Shown: one piece after another, positions 36,301-47,900 of the stretch | Position numbering within the stretch: the stretch's first letter is position 1 | Layout of the letters: every line of letters starts with the position of its first letter | The notes under the pieces: model-generated | What the model was told of the DNA's origin: nothing | Databases searched by the model: none | Seen by the model: the letters and a program-made list of their open reading frames with translations, nothing else | From: Selaginella moellendorffii | Taxonomy: Eukaryota; Plantae; Lycopodiophyta | DNA: 64,000 bases | Reading direction: 5' to 3' | NCBI RefSeq assembly: GCF_000143415.4 | Contig: NW_003314273.1 | Span: 754,074 to 818,073, forward strand | Translations under genes and position numbers: made by a program

Positions 36301-37415
36301 GATTTTCAAAGATGGCACATTTCATACCCACCACAACGGCTGTGGATGCGGAAGGTGTGGCGAAGCTGTTCTTCGAACAAGTGGTTCGAGTGCGGGGAAG
36401 GCCGGAAGAGATTATCTCAGATCGAGATAAGATCTTCACCAGTAAGTTCTGGAGGACACTCCTAGAACAGTATCGCACCAAGTTGAAATTCAGCACGGCC
36501 TATCACCCACAGACAGGTAATGGGTATTGAGTCAAGATTGATGGCACTAACACTTCTTGACAGACGGACAAACGGAAAGGGTGAATAGGCAGCTGGAGGA
36601 TTATTTGCGATGCTATGTCTCGGGAGACCAGACCGACTGGGTAAGTCATTTGGGACTTGCGGAAATGTGTTATAACAACTCACCACATTCGAGCATCGGG
36701 GTGAGTCCATGGGAAGTCATTAATGGGCGAGCTATTGAAGGTTCTGTGGAACTCGGCGTGGCCGAGTATCATGGAGAGTTACCCGCAGTGGAGGCATTCA
36801 CGGCGGAAAGACTCAACATTTGGAATCTAGTGAGGGATTCCTTGGAACGAGCTCAACAAAGGCAAACTAAGTACGCGAACCAAAAGCGTCGAGATGTGGA
36901 GTTCCAAGCTGGGGAGAAGGTGTGGCTGAACACCAAAAACCTCAGACTACCAAGTGGGATCAGCCGGAAGTTGACCCAAAGGTAAAAATGCATGTATTCC
37001 TATAAATGAATTGATCTTGAGTTCCTCAAGCAGGTTCGCGGGGCCTTACGAAATTGAGGCTCGAATCGGTAAAGTGGCTTACCGACTCCGACTTCCTCGA
37101 GAGATGGGGAAGATGCATCCCGTGTTCCACGTGAACTTACTCAAGCCGTATTTTGAGGATCCGCTTCGCAAGGACCAAGTAAGACCTTTACCTGAGGTTA
37201 TCCAAGGGGAGGAGGAATACGAAGTCGAGGCCATCCTCAATGCGCGCAAGAGCAAGCGACAAGGACGCGAGGTGAAAGAGTTCCATGTGAAGTGGAAAGG
37301 ATTTCCACACTGCGAAGCAACATGGGAACCGGAGGAGAACCTAACGAACGCGCGAGATCTAGTGGAGGAATTTCTGCATGGCAGAACTCTATGTACTTAT
37401 GCAAAGTTCAATTAA
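33297..37415 (+). pseudogene. pol: Zn knuckle-protease-RT-RNaseH-integrase-chromodomain polyprotein, interrupted by a 405-bp LTR fragment and two introns (36517-36563, 36982-37033)
   Basis: [53 protein letters not shown]|DGQTER, KLTQR|FAGPY, YEVEAIL...VKWKGF...TWEP. Confidence 0.92.
35587..35991 (+). mobile_element. Internal copy of the last 405 bp of the element's own LTR
   Basis: Matches 31787-32191 and ends at the LTR terminus GGCTTAC. Confidence 0.95.
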
Positions 37416-40400
37416 AAGTATCAATTTGAGAAGTTGAGCAATGGCATATGTTGGGACCCGAAGGCGCGCCGAAGGTAAGCTAATTAGCATGGGTTAGCTA
37501 GGTCGACCAGGCGTAGGGAGCTACGCCCGACTCCCTGCGGGGATGTCGAAACCGTAGACGTATTCTACGGAGGTTGGGTTCGAGTCCCAACCCCCTAGTA
37601 AAGCAAGGCTGGGTTCAAGTCCCGACCCCATACTAGGGCGTGGTGAGGGGAGGAGTATAGGGACACCTATATTCCGTTGTCATGGGCTCTTGGCCGGGGA
37701 GGCTAACTTAGGCACACCGCTAAGTGGGGGGATGCCCCCGGAGACATGGTCAACAAGTCGTAGGATAAAACGAGACGTTCGATGTGGGCATCGAACTTCT
37801 TCTATGGGTGGTGGAGTTGTAAGGAACCAACTCGCCGAGGTGTCGTAGGCTAAAGGAACCCCGAAAGCATGACCAAAATGACAAAGAGTTCATCGGATGG
37901 GACCAAGTCGAAGATCGAGTCCAAGACCGACTCTAGGACCGAGTTCGAGATCGAGTCCGGAATCGAGTCCGAGACCGACTCGGAGACCGAGTTCGAGTCC
38001 GAGTTCGAGACCGAGTTCGAGACGGAGTCCGAGATCCGAAATCGGGTCCGAGACCGAGTCCGAGGTCGAGTCCGAGGTCGGGTCCGAGATCGGGTCCGAG
38101 ATCGAGTCCGAGATCGAGTCCAAAACCGAATCCGAAGTCGGATCCGAAATCGGGTCCGAGATCGAGCCAGAGACTAAGTCCAAATACTAATACGGGTCAA
38201 GGGGTGAAAGCCCAAAGCGTGCGTCTCCCAAGGGGGGGGGGGCTGCAGGGGGTTCCAAAAGTATAGTAGGGATAGTGAGGTCCAGGAACCAGTTTAGAAG
38301 GGACTCTCCAGTGGGGCTCCCAAACTGACTTGAGGTTGGGACTGGGACCGAGGGGCCTTGGGTGGGAGTGAGCATGGACTTGGCTAGTGCCGGAGGGGCC
38401 ATCCAAGGAAGTGCTCAAGAGCAGCTCCCACTCCCGAAAGGGAAACTGATTGCGGTGCTCCCGGCTCATGTGGAGTGGTGCCCCACTTGAGTACCATGCG
38501 GCTCATTGGTCCTCGCCCTTCCTAGGGGCTTGGGCCTTCCTTCGGGATGGAAGTGGGGGGCGAGAGGTACCCATACCAGGCTGCTAGGCCACGGTGTTTC
38601 GCCCCGGCGTCCCGAAGCAAGTGTTGCACTCAAGACTTGGGATTTAGAGGGTCCCATGATCAAGTCTTGTGGTACCAAAGGATGTTAGGAACCTGGAAGC
38701 TTGGTGTGCTTGGCTGCTTGTGCTTGCGGGGAGTGTAGCCGAACCTTAAGTCCAGTCTAACCCGGGGAGGGGGATTGGGAGTGATTTGGGAATCCGTGGA
38801 TGGATGGCTAACACTCCGTTGCTCGTGCAGTGAGTAGTTGAGACCAAGTAGGAGCTGGTACCATAGGCGAGAACCTTGGCAAGGGAACTTAGCAAGAGCC
38901 AAGGCGGTGTTGGACGGATAGACGAGGTAAGCTGGCAAATTGGAAAGGAAAAATTTGTGGCTTACAATGCCTAGTTAACTTCACTAGCACAAGAGGGGCT
39001 AATAAAGGGTCTAACAATAACGACCTTCTGCCATCATGGCAGTAAGGAAAGAGTGTCCGTAAGGACTAGTCGACAGGTAACTTTCGATACCCGAAGTCAC
39101 ATTCGCGACAGTACAGGTGGATGATTAGTTTCTTCACATGGAATAATTAATTTACACAATGGAAGGATTGGTAAATTTAGTACGAAAATAAAGTTGTTGG
39201 TTCCCCTTGGCTTAGTAAAAGTTGTTAATCAATAATCAATAAGGATATTGACATCTTTGAAAGCTTAGTAAAGGTTGTTAATCAATAGTCAATAAAGACA
39301 ATAACATCTTTTGAAGGGGGGGTGAGCATAACATATATAATCATAAGATGAGATTTAGATTTATTGTGACCATGAATCCTTAGAACCTTAAAGGATAAAT
39401 GGGGATAAAATAGCCACTAAAGGCTCTCTCATGCCCTTTTTAAATTGGTTTAAAAAGAAAGAGATAAAGTGCACTATAGTTTTGGTGTTGACTATTCCTT
39501 TGTTCCAAGAGTTAACTCACTTTAGCTAAAGTTTTAGGTTGAATGTATGTCCTCACTTGTGAGTGTTATTGAGAGCTTTTGCTTTATCGTTACTGCTGAG
39601 GAATTTATATATTCCTTTGAGAGTATGAACGTTGTTATTAATTTTCCTATCTCAAGTGTTGAGGAGGTTGAGCATGGTGAATTTTTGTTTATATTGTGGT
39701 GGCTGAAGTATTTTTCCAAGCTTTGAATATATGTCCTTCTTTTGATTTCCCTATTTTTTCATTGCTAGTTATTATAAATTCCTCTTTATCCACTTTTTCT
39801 TCTTTTATAATTATTTTTCCTTAATTATTCTCATTTTCTCCTTTCTGCTCTGACACTTCAAACTTTTTTTTCTTCGGAAAAGGGGGTAGAAGGGATGGAC
39901 AGGAGTCTAGCCCTGACAATGGAGTGAGGATGAGTGAATATGATAGTGGAGCGAGGATAAACAACATAGATTGTGGAGTGAGTATAGTGAGTCCGATTAA
40001 AATATTTAGCCCCAATGTAGTGAGCCGAACAAATGCAATAGTGAAGTGAGGCCAAACATAAATAGCGAAGTGAGGACAAACATAATAAGTCTAAATAAAA
40101 TTAATGCTTCAAAACATTTTTGCCTTCAAAGAGGGGATAAGAAGGATATAGAGGATGAATGGATTGATTTCGATTTTTCATATGTAATGCTAGACAAGGA
40201 TGATGGTTTTATTTATAGTCCTAAGTCTGAGTTAATGGTTGTCTTGGAGGATCATTGACATGCAAACTTAGAGATGGGATGTATTGTTTGCTATAATGGT
40301 GCTCTATAAATTGTAGTAGCTCCTAAAGTCCTTTATTTTGGTTCAAAATTACGGTTGTATAGTTAATTTAAGCATTTTGGAATTATATTTGAAATTGCAA

Positions 40401-41344
40401 TTGATTCACTAAGATTCCGTAGTCGGCTGATTCTTATGCCATGGCTTTCAATTTTATTTCAATCATGATTATTAACAACTTTATTGGTGGTATTGTGTGA
40501 GTTTCACATTCTTGTAGTAATTTATAATTGCCTAACAGAAGCTATAGATGTTCCACCTGACTTATTATCATCACCTTTTCATCATCCGGAGGGGAGGATG
40601 GTGTAAAGTTTTGTAAATACATATATGTATATACATGTATTACCCTACATAAGTAATACAATGATTATAGTACTAAAGCATATAGATCGTTCATTTGGGA
40701 TTGAGTCTGGTCCATCTATTTTTGTATATAAGTAGAGATATCCTGAGCACTCATAAAAATACTAAAAAAATTAATAATACATTACATTTATAAATAGAGT
40801 TTTTTGTATTTAGAAAGTAACTTCAATACATTGCCTAATGTAACCCTAACAACATATTATTCTCGGAAGCCAAAAAATAATTCTATTAAACCCTCTAAAT
40901 ACTATATTTATTTCAAAAGAAAGGATAGATAATCAAAGTATGAAAATATATAAATTAGTTGTTGAATATATGAATCTATCAATGCCTTAATCATGCTTTA
41001 TCAAGAGGAAATATATATCTTAGTATCAAATATAATTTATCATAAGTTAAAGTTCACAATTTAAAAAATCCTTACCCCTTAAAAGTAAAGTATTCTTAGT
41101 GTTGTACTCCTGCCCTAATTATTAGATACATTAAATGCTTATTTTTCTAGTATTTTCCTTGATTACTAAATAAATTTAATATATGTATTAAAGATAAATT
41201 GAAAAAGAGGTGGTTAATTTCTATATATACATAAAAATTGATACCCTTTACATATTTCATAAAGATTATATACATGATGTATGTATGTATTTACAATTGG
41301 GAGAAGGTAATCAATCTTTCACCCTAAAATAATATTAGGAATAA

Positions 41345-41416
41345 AGGTCCTACTGAGATTTGAACTCAGATTGTTGGAGTCAGAATCCAAAGTCATGACC
41401 ACTAGACCATAGGACC
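41345..41416 (-). tRNA. tRNA-Gln (CUG)
   Basis: Reverse complement GGTCCTATGGTCTAGTGGTCATGACTTTGGATTCTGACTCCAACAATCTGAGTTCAAATCTCAGTAGGACCT. Acceptor, anticodon and T stems pair fully; one D-stem mismatch; weak T terminator. Confidence 0.8.
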
Positions 41417-41797
41417 ACCTCGCTCTGCCCTAAAGCTCCCCTCGCAACGAACACTTTTGACCTAATGGATTAAGCTAATCGTTCTTCCGTGCGATGGTGA
41501 GGCGGGCGACGGCTATGGCGGCCGTTCCTCAATCGTGACGCCATGGAGGAGCTGCGAGGAGCGAGCCGATTGCGCCAACACAATGTCGAGGTATGGCGTC
41601 GCTACGACCGCAATGTGGGACCAAAAGCTTCATTCTCGCAGCGCCATGAATGAAGCTGGCTTGGCCGTGGCTTATGCCGTTTGCTGCTCTCGCAGGGTTT
41701 GGGCGCAAGCCAGCGAGTTTGAAGTATAATTTTTTGGAGGCATCTCTCTTTTGTTTTTTTCTCGCGGGGAGAGGAGCAAAAAGAAAGAGAAAAGAAG

Positions 41798-44203
41798 ATG
41801 ATGTGCCACTGTTCGAGGGAGCAATTCATGTTCGAGGAGAGCATGAGCTCTCCGGAGGCCGCGAACGCTTCCATGGACGCGGCCGCCAGCGGCCTCTCCG
41901 CGAAAACCATGGAGGGCGAGGCAAAGCTAGACGAAGGCAACATCGAGGAGGCCGAATCGTCGCTCCGGGAAGCTTTGTCTCTCAATTTCGAGGTACTCGG
42001 TCATTTTTTCTCTGCTCTTTCTTTCGCTTTTCCAAAGAGAAGAAGGCCCTCTTGAACGAACTTGGCATTGGAATGTAGGAAGCGAGAGCATTGCTGGGAA
42101 GGCTTGAGTATCAGCGAGGGAATGTGGAGGCCGCGTTGCAAGTTTTCGATGGTATAGATATCACCACCATTGTTCCGAGGATGAGACACTCTCTCGCGGA
42201 GAGGGGCCGGCACCGGCGTGGGCGATCTCGGACGGAATCCGGCCAGAGCATATCGTTGCATGCTGCGAGCCTTTTGCTCGAGGCGATCTACTTGAAAGCG
42301 AAGTCCTTGCAGAAGCTCGGCCGCCTGAACGGTGAGAGAAGTTTTGTTTAATGCTCTCGAAAGTTGACAGTTGTTTTTTCCTTCAGATGCTGCTCAGGAA
42401 TGCCGAAGTATTTTGGATACGATCGACTCGGCATTGCCGCAGGGGATTCCAGAAAGTTGGAGCGGCAGTAAGCTCCAAGACATCGTGAGCAAAGCTGTGG
42501 AGCTTTTGCCGGAGCTCTACAAAGAGGCGGGATTATATCAGGAAGCCATCTCTGCGTACCGGCGAGCTCTACTTAATCCCTGGAACCTGGACTCCGAGTG
42601 CTCGGGAAGGATTCAGAAAAGCTTTGCGGTGTTGCTGCTGTATGGTGGAGTCGAGGCTGGAGCTCCGAGCTTAGCAGCACAGGTGGAAGGCGCCTTCACT
42701 CCGAAAAACAACGTAGAAGAGGCAATTCTCCTGTTCCAGATCCTCCTCCGGAAGAACACTTTGAGAAAGCTTCCATGGGACTACACCATCATGGAACATC
42801 TCTCGTTCGCACTTTCCATCTGTGGTCAGTCGTACGCCTTGGCCCAGCAGTTCGAGGAAGTGTTACCAGGAACTTATGGCAGATCCGATAGGTGGTACAA
42901 CCTTGCTCTCTGCTACAGTGCCGCGGGACAGGGGAAAACAGCGGTAAACGTCTTGAAGAAATCGCTCAGCCACCTCGAGCGGCCAAACGACGTTCCATCG
43001 CTTCTTCTGGCCGCAAAACTGTGCGTTGAGTCCCCGGATCTTACTCGCGACGGAGTGGAATATGGCCGAAGAGCGATCCTGTTCTCGGAAGGGAAGCTTG
43101 GATATCTCAAGGGGAGATCGCGTCACCTGCTCGGCGCTGCGCTTGGGAAAGAGGCCAGGAATGCCAAGTCTGACGCGGAGAGGTGCGCTCTCGAAGACGA
43201 CGCGCTACGAACGCTGCAAGACGCAGTTGCCATCGAGAAAAAGGATCCTTACGCCATTCTGGACTTTGGCATGGAGTCTGCGGAGAAAGGAGATCTCAGT
43301 ACGGCACTGGACTGCGCAAAGTCATTCCTTGAGCTTACCGGCGGCTCCTCGATCATAGCGTGGCGCTTTCTGGCTCTGGTTCTATCCGCTCAACAGCGAC
43401 ACGTCGATGCGGAGGTGGTGATCAATGCTGCTCTGGAAGAAACTGCAAAGTGGGAGCAAGCAGAGCTCCTCCGGACGAAAGGAAAGCTCCAGCTCGCTCA
43501 GATGCAAACTAGCGAGGCGATCAAGACTTTCATGCTGCTGCTGGCTCTTGTCCAGGCGCAGAGGAAAACTACTGGATCATCTTCCAAGGTAGGCACTCTT
43601 ATCTCCTTCGCTTTCATCTTTTCTCTCTCTCTTTTCGCTAGCCATTTTCATGAATGATGAATTTCGCAGAATGGAGGCGACAGCGTATCAGAAGTTGAAG
43701 TTTGGCAAGATCTGGCCGGCGTTTATACATCGCTGTCGCAGTGGCGTGACGCGGAGATGTGCTTAGAAAAAGCACAGGCTTTTAAAAAGTCTCCTGCTGC
43801 AACATGGTTCCAGACAGGTACTCTGATCATGCATTGATTCCGTTACATAAAGAACCAAAACTTGCGTTTTTTTCTTCGTCCAGGATATCTCTACGAGTGC
43901 CGTGGCCAAGAGGAGCAGGCCATGGCTTCGTATAACAACGCTCTGTGCGTGGATCCTGACCACGTCCCGAGCCAAGTAGCTCTCGGAGGCGCGCTCAAGC
44001 GCAGCGGCAGCAAAGCTTTCCCGGTTGCCAGGAGCTACCTCACGGCAGCGCTGCGTTTGGAGCCAAAGAACTACCTCGCGTGGTTTAATCTCGGACTCGT
44101 CCACGAAGAGGAGGTCCGGCTCAAAGACGCGGCTGCATGCTTCCAGGCCGCATACTTGCTCGAGCAGTCGGCTCCGGTGGAGAAATTTAGCACTCTACGA
44201 TAG
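41798..44203 (+). CDS. NPG1/NPGR-family TPR calmodulin-binding protein, 5 exons
   Basis: EAESSLREALSLNFEEARALLGRLEYQRGN, PKNNVEEAILL, LALVLSAQQR, C-terminal TPRs and APVEKF. Confidence 0.9.
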
Positions 44204-44335
44204 AGAACCCGGCACAGAGTTTTAACCTCGTCGACAAGCTTGTAGCATTCAAGCGATGGCCAGCCACGAAGTTTTGGACTACAACCGGTAGGCAAAGTTC
44301 GCAAGGTTCTTTTATTTTTCTTAGTTTCTCACTTT

Positions 44336-44650
44336 GTGTACACTTTGTTTGTAACAATGTATCATTCTAACATTTCTTCGAGTCCAAAAAATTCTTTTTT
44401 CTTCAGAATGCCTTTTGAGTTTTTCTGTTTTTCGTGGGCTTTTCTTTTTTTTTCTCGGAGCCAAGTTCCTTTTTTTTGTTCTTTTCTGTACACTTGTTTG
44501 TAACAATGTATCATTCTCACAATTCTTCGAGTCCAAAAGCAATGCATTGATTATTTCTTTTTTCATGGGCTTGCAAAGTTCTTATCATTCTAATCCAAAA
44601 AAATTCTTTTTTCAGCTAAGCAATGCATTGATTTTTTCATGGGCTTTTCT
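44336..44650. repeat. Local tandem duplications in a T-rich intergenic region
   Basis: TGTTTGTAACAATGTATCATTCT...TTCTTCGAGTCCAAAA occurs twice; AAGCAATGCATTGATT occurs twice. Confidence 0.7.
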
Positions 44651-44909
44651 TTTTTCTTTTGGAGCTATTAAGTTGGAGAGCTATGGCGGACGGTGGATAC
44701 GTAAGCACCTGGCGTCGCGATAAGGAGGGCCAAAGTTCGTGATAAGGCGAATCGGGTGGTAGCCATGCGCTGTGGAGCAGGACAAATTTAGGGTTAGGGC
44801 TTTTAAATGGTTTTTCTGTCCTTTTTCGTGGGCTAGGGTATGCCGCCATCGCCGGTGGCGTGAAGAAATTCGCAGCCCCTCGCGACGACAATCGAGCAGC
44901 AGCTGAGCT

Positions 44910-47900
44910 ATGGAGCCGGCCGCCGCTGATGGAATTCCGGAAGCCACGGCCGATTTACCCGAGGAATCGAAGAATGCCGCCTTGGAAGAATCGGCAGCTT
45001 CTCCGGGTAAGATTGAGGCGGCCGTGAGCGATTTCCCTGGCGAGAAGGAGGTGTCGTCGCCGATTCCAATCCGGGCGCCCGTGTCAGAGGATGTGGAGGA
45101 CGGCGGCGACAGCACTGGCAGCGGCGAGAGCTTCGACAGTGCGCTGGAGAGGATGGCTGGGTCTTCCACTGCGAGCTTTGACAGTGCTGCCAGCCCGCGG
45201 GCCCAGGTGATTGAGGAGTCGGACACCGCCAGGGTGATGCCCAAGGCAGTGCTTTCTTCCGAGGATAAGAGAGGAGGGAGCTCCAGCAGTAGCTCCAGCA
45301 GTAGCAGCAGCAGTGATGATGACGAAGAGGGTGAGAAGGGAGTGGAGTCGACTGGAGAGACTGGGGACTTTGACGATTCCGCCATGCCTGTGGCCAAGGT
45401 GTCTACCGAGGATTTGGAATCCGAGCAAGCTGACGAGCCAGTGGAGAAGATAGGAGATATGGATGGTGAGGAAGAAGAAGGAGAGGAGGAAACGAACCCG
45501 GAGCCCGAGGCGGTGGAGCCTCAGTCGGCTCAAGGCTTGCGAGTGAGTACCGATGATTTTGACACTAAGGTAGCTGACGAAGATGAGCCTCGAGCGATTG
45601 AGGAGCCTCAATCGGCGGAAGGCTTGCGGGTTCTGGGAGCTGACGACGATGGTCCCGAAGGAAGCGATGAGCCGATGATTGCTGAGAAGATAGAAGAACC
45701 AGCTGAGAAGATAGAAGGTGAGAAAGTACACGAGGAACCTCAAACCGAAAGAGTGGAAGGGGGACCAGTAGCTGAGGAAGTGCAAGCAGGACCAGAGGAA
45801 CAACCAAAAGAACCAGGAAAGGAACCAGTAAAGGAACCAAGCGACATTGTTGATCGCATCGAAAACGGTAAAGTTTTTTATTCCTCCTGTGGTGTATTTA
45901 TTCATACTGACATGGACTACTTCCCAGATAAGAAGCCCGAGGATGATGAGAATGAAAAGCATGAAGAAGTAGATTATAAGAAGCCCGAGGAAGCTGGGAA
46001 TGAAAAGCATGGAGAAGCAGATGTTATTGGCTCGGCTGCAGAGGCAGTAAGGTCCCAGGAGGAGCGTGAACCAGTGCCTGAGACGGATTCTGACGAGGAG
46101 GAAGAGGAAGAGGTTGATACGAGTGCAGCGTTGAGAGCTTTCGCTCAAGCTGCTGCAGCAACTGAGACGCCGTCACTTGGTTCTGCCGGTCCTTCACTGC
46201 CTGCCAAGCCGACAGCGACGCGGCTGTTGTCTTCGATTGAGGGAGCACGGAACACTCAAGTAGCTGCTCACAATCCTTCTGGCGGCTCTGAAACTACAAC
46301 AGCTGTTGAGGCCGCTGACACCAATGGAGAACCGAATGACGAGAACGTGGAAACACGAGAAAAGTTGCAGATGATACGGGTGAAGTTCTTGAGACTTGCC
46401 CAGAGGCTGGGACAGTCTGCGAACAACGCTGTGGTGGCACAAGTCCTCTACAGGCTTGGCCTAGCCGAGCAGTTGAGAGGGGGGCGCAGCTCAAGCAGGA
46501 ATAGCGCTTTCCGTTTTGAGAGAGCAAGTGCTATCGCGGAGGAACAGGAAGCGGCTGGCCAGGAGGAGCTGGACTTTACTTGCACCATTATGGTCCTTGG
46601 GAAATCAGGAGTTGGCAAGAGTGCCACCATAAATTCTCTCTTCGACGAGGCAAAGACCGAGACGAATGCTTTTGCATACTCGACGAAGAAGGTGCAGGAG
46701 ATTACTGGCACGGTTCATGGAATCAAGCTGCGAGTTATCGACACTCCTGGACTGCTACCTGCCGTGGCCGATCAACGCCACAATGAGAAGATCATGGCAT
46801 CCGTCAAGCGGTTTATCAAGAAATCTCCTCCAGACATTGTACTCTACTTCGACAGGCTCGACATGCAGAGCAGGGACTATGGTGATCTTCCACTGCTCCG
46901 GACTATCACAGATACTTTTGGAGCTGCCATTTGGTTCAACGCGATAGTTGTCCTGACGCATGCTTCTTCGGCTCCTCCCGATGGACCCAACGGCCTTCCT
47001 CTCAGCTACGAGATGTTTGTTGCACAGCGCTCGCACGTTGTTCAGCAGACTATTCGTCAAGCAGCGGGTGATATGAGACTTATGAACCCGGTGTCGCTTG
47101 TGGAGAATCATTCAGCTTGCAGAACGAACAGGTCCGGCGAGAGGGTTCTTCCCAATGGACAAGTTTGGAAGCCTCAACTTTTACTACTGTGCTTCGCATC
47201 AAAGATACTGGCGGAAGCGAATTCTCTCCTGAAACTTCAGGAGAGCACTCCCGGCAAGCCATTCATGCGGTCCAAGGTTCCTCCACTTCCATTCCTGCTG
47301 TCGTCGCTGCTTCAGTCGCGGCCTCCGCTGAAGCATTCCGACGAGAATGCGGTTGGCGAAGACGACACTGATGATGATATTGAGGACGTGGAAGACTCTG
47401 ATGAGGAAGACTACGATGAACTTCCTCCATTCAGACGCCTCACGAGGGACGAGCTGGATCAACTTGACAAATCGAGCAGGGACGAGTACTTTGAGGAGCT
47501 GCAGATGAGGGAGAAGCTCTTCCAGAAGAAGCAGTGGAAGGAAGAGATTCGACGGCGCAGGGAGATGAAGAAACGCGCGGCATCGTCTGATTCTGCCGAA
47601 GAGTATCCGGCTCCAGTTGACGACGGCTATGACGATGACAACAAGTCGGCACCGGTCCCAGTGCCACTTCCGGATATGCAACTGCCGCCTACTTTCGACT
47701 CCGATAATCCTGTTCATCGGTACCGCTACCTTGAAACTGCAAGTCAGTGGCTTGTGCGTCCTGTGATGGACTTGCATGGCTGGGACCGTGACAGCGGCTA
47801 CGATGGCTTCAACATGGAGCGTATGTTCACGTATGGCAAGATCCCAGCGTCTCTCAGCGGCCAGGTGACGAAGGACAAGAAGGAAGCCAACGTGACGCTC

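Larger units (their letters stand above)
31045..38966 (+). mobile_element. Ty3/Gypsy chromovirus LTR retrotransposon, full length, intron-containing
   Basis: LTRs 31045-32192 and 37818-38966 (about 14 differences by eye), TSD ATGCC, PBS TGGTATCGGAGCC, PPT-like GGGTGGTGGAG; domain order gag-PR-RT-RH-IN-chromodomain. Confidence 0.97.
30057..39110. mobile_element. Solo LTR (about 1.13 kb: 30057-31044 plus 38972-39110) hosting the chromovirus
   Basis: TGTAGCG...CGCGACA termini; TSD GTACA at 30052-30056 and 39111-39115. Confidence 0.85.
27547..40738 (+). mobile_element. Probable ancient LTR element framing the whole nested island (direct repeats about 27547-27682 and 40602-40738)
   Basis: About 135-bp diverged direct repeats begin TGTAA; the right copy is preceded by PPT-like GGAGGGGAGGATGG. 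No TSD or PBS found. Confidence 0.45.

Noticed and set aside
37535-37600. True tRNA gene in the retrotransposon
   Set aside because: No D-arm or 7-bp acceptor stem, and a non-canonical anticodon loop; kept only as a tRNA-like structure.
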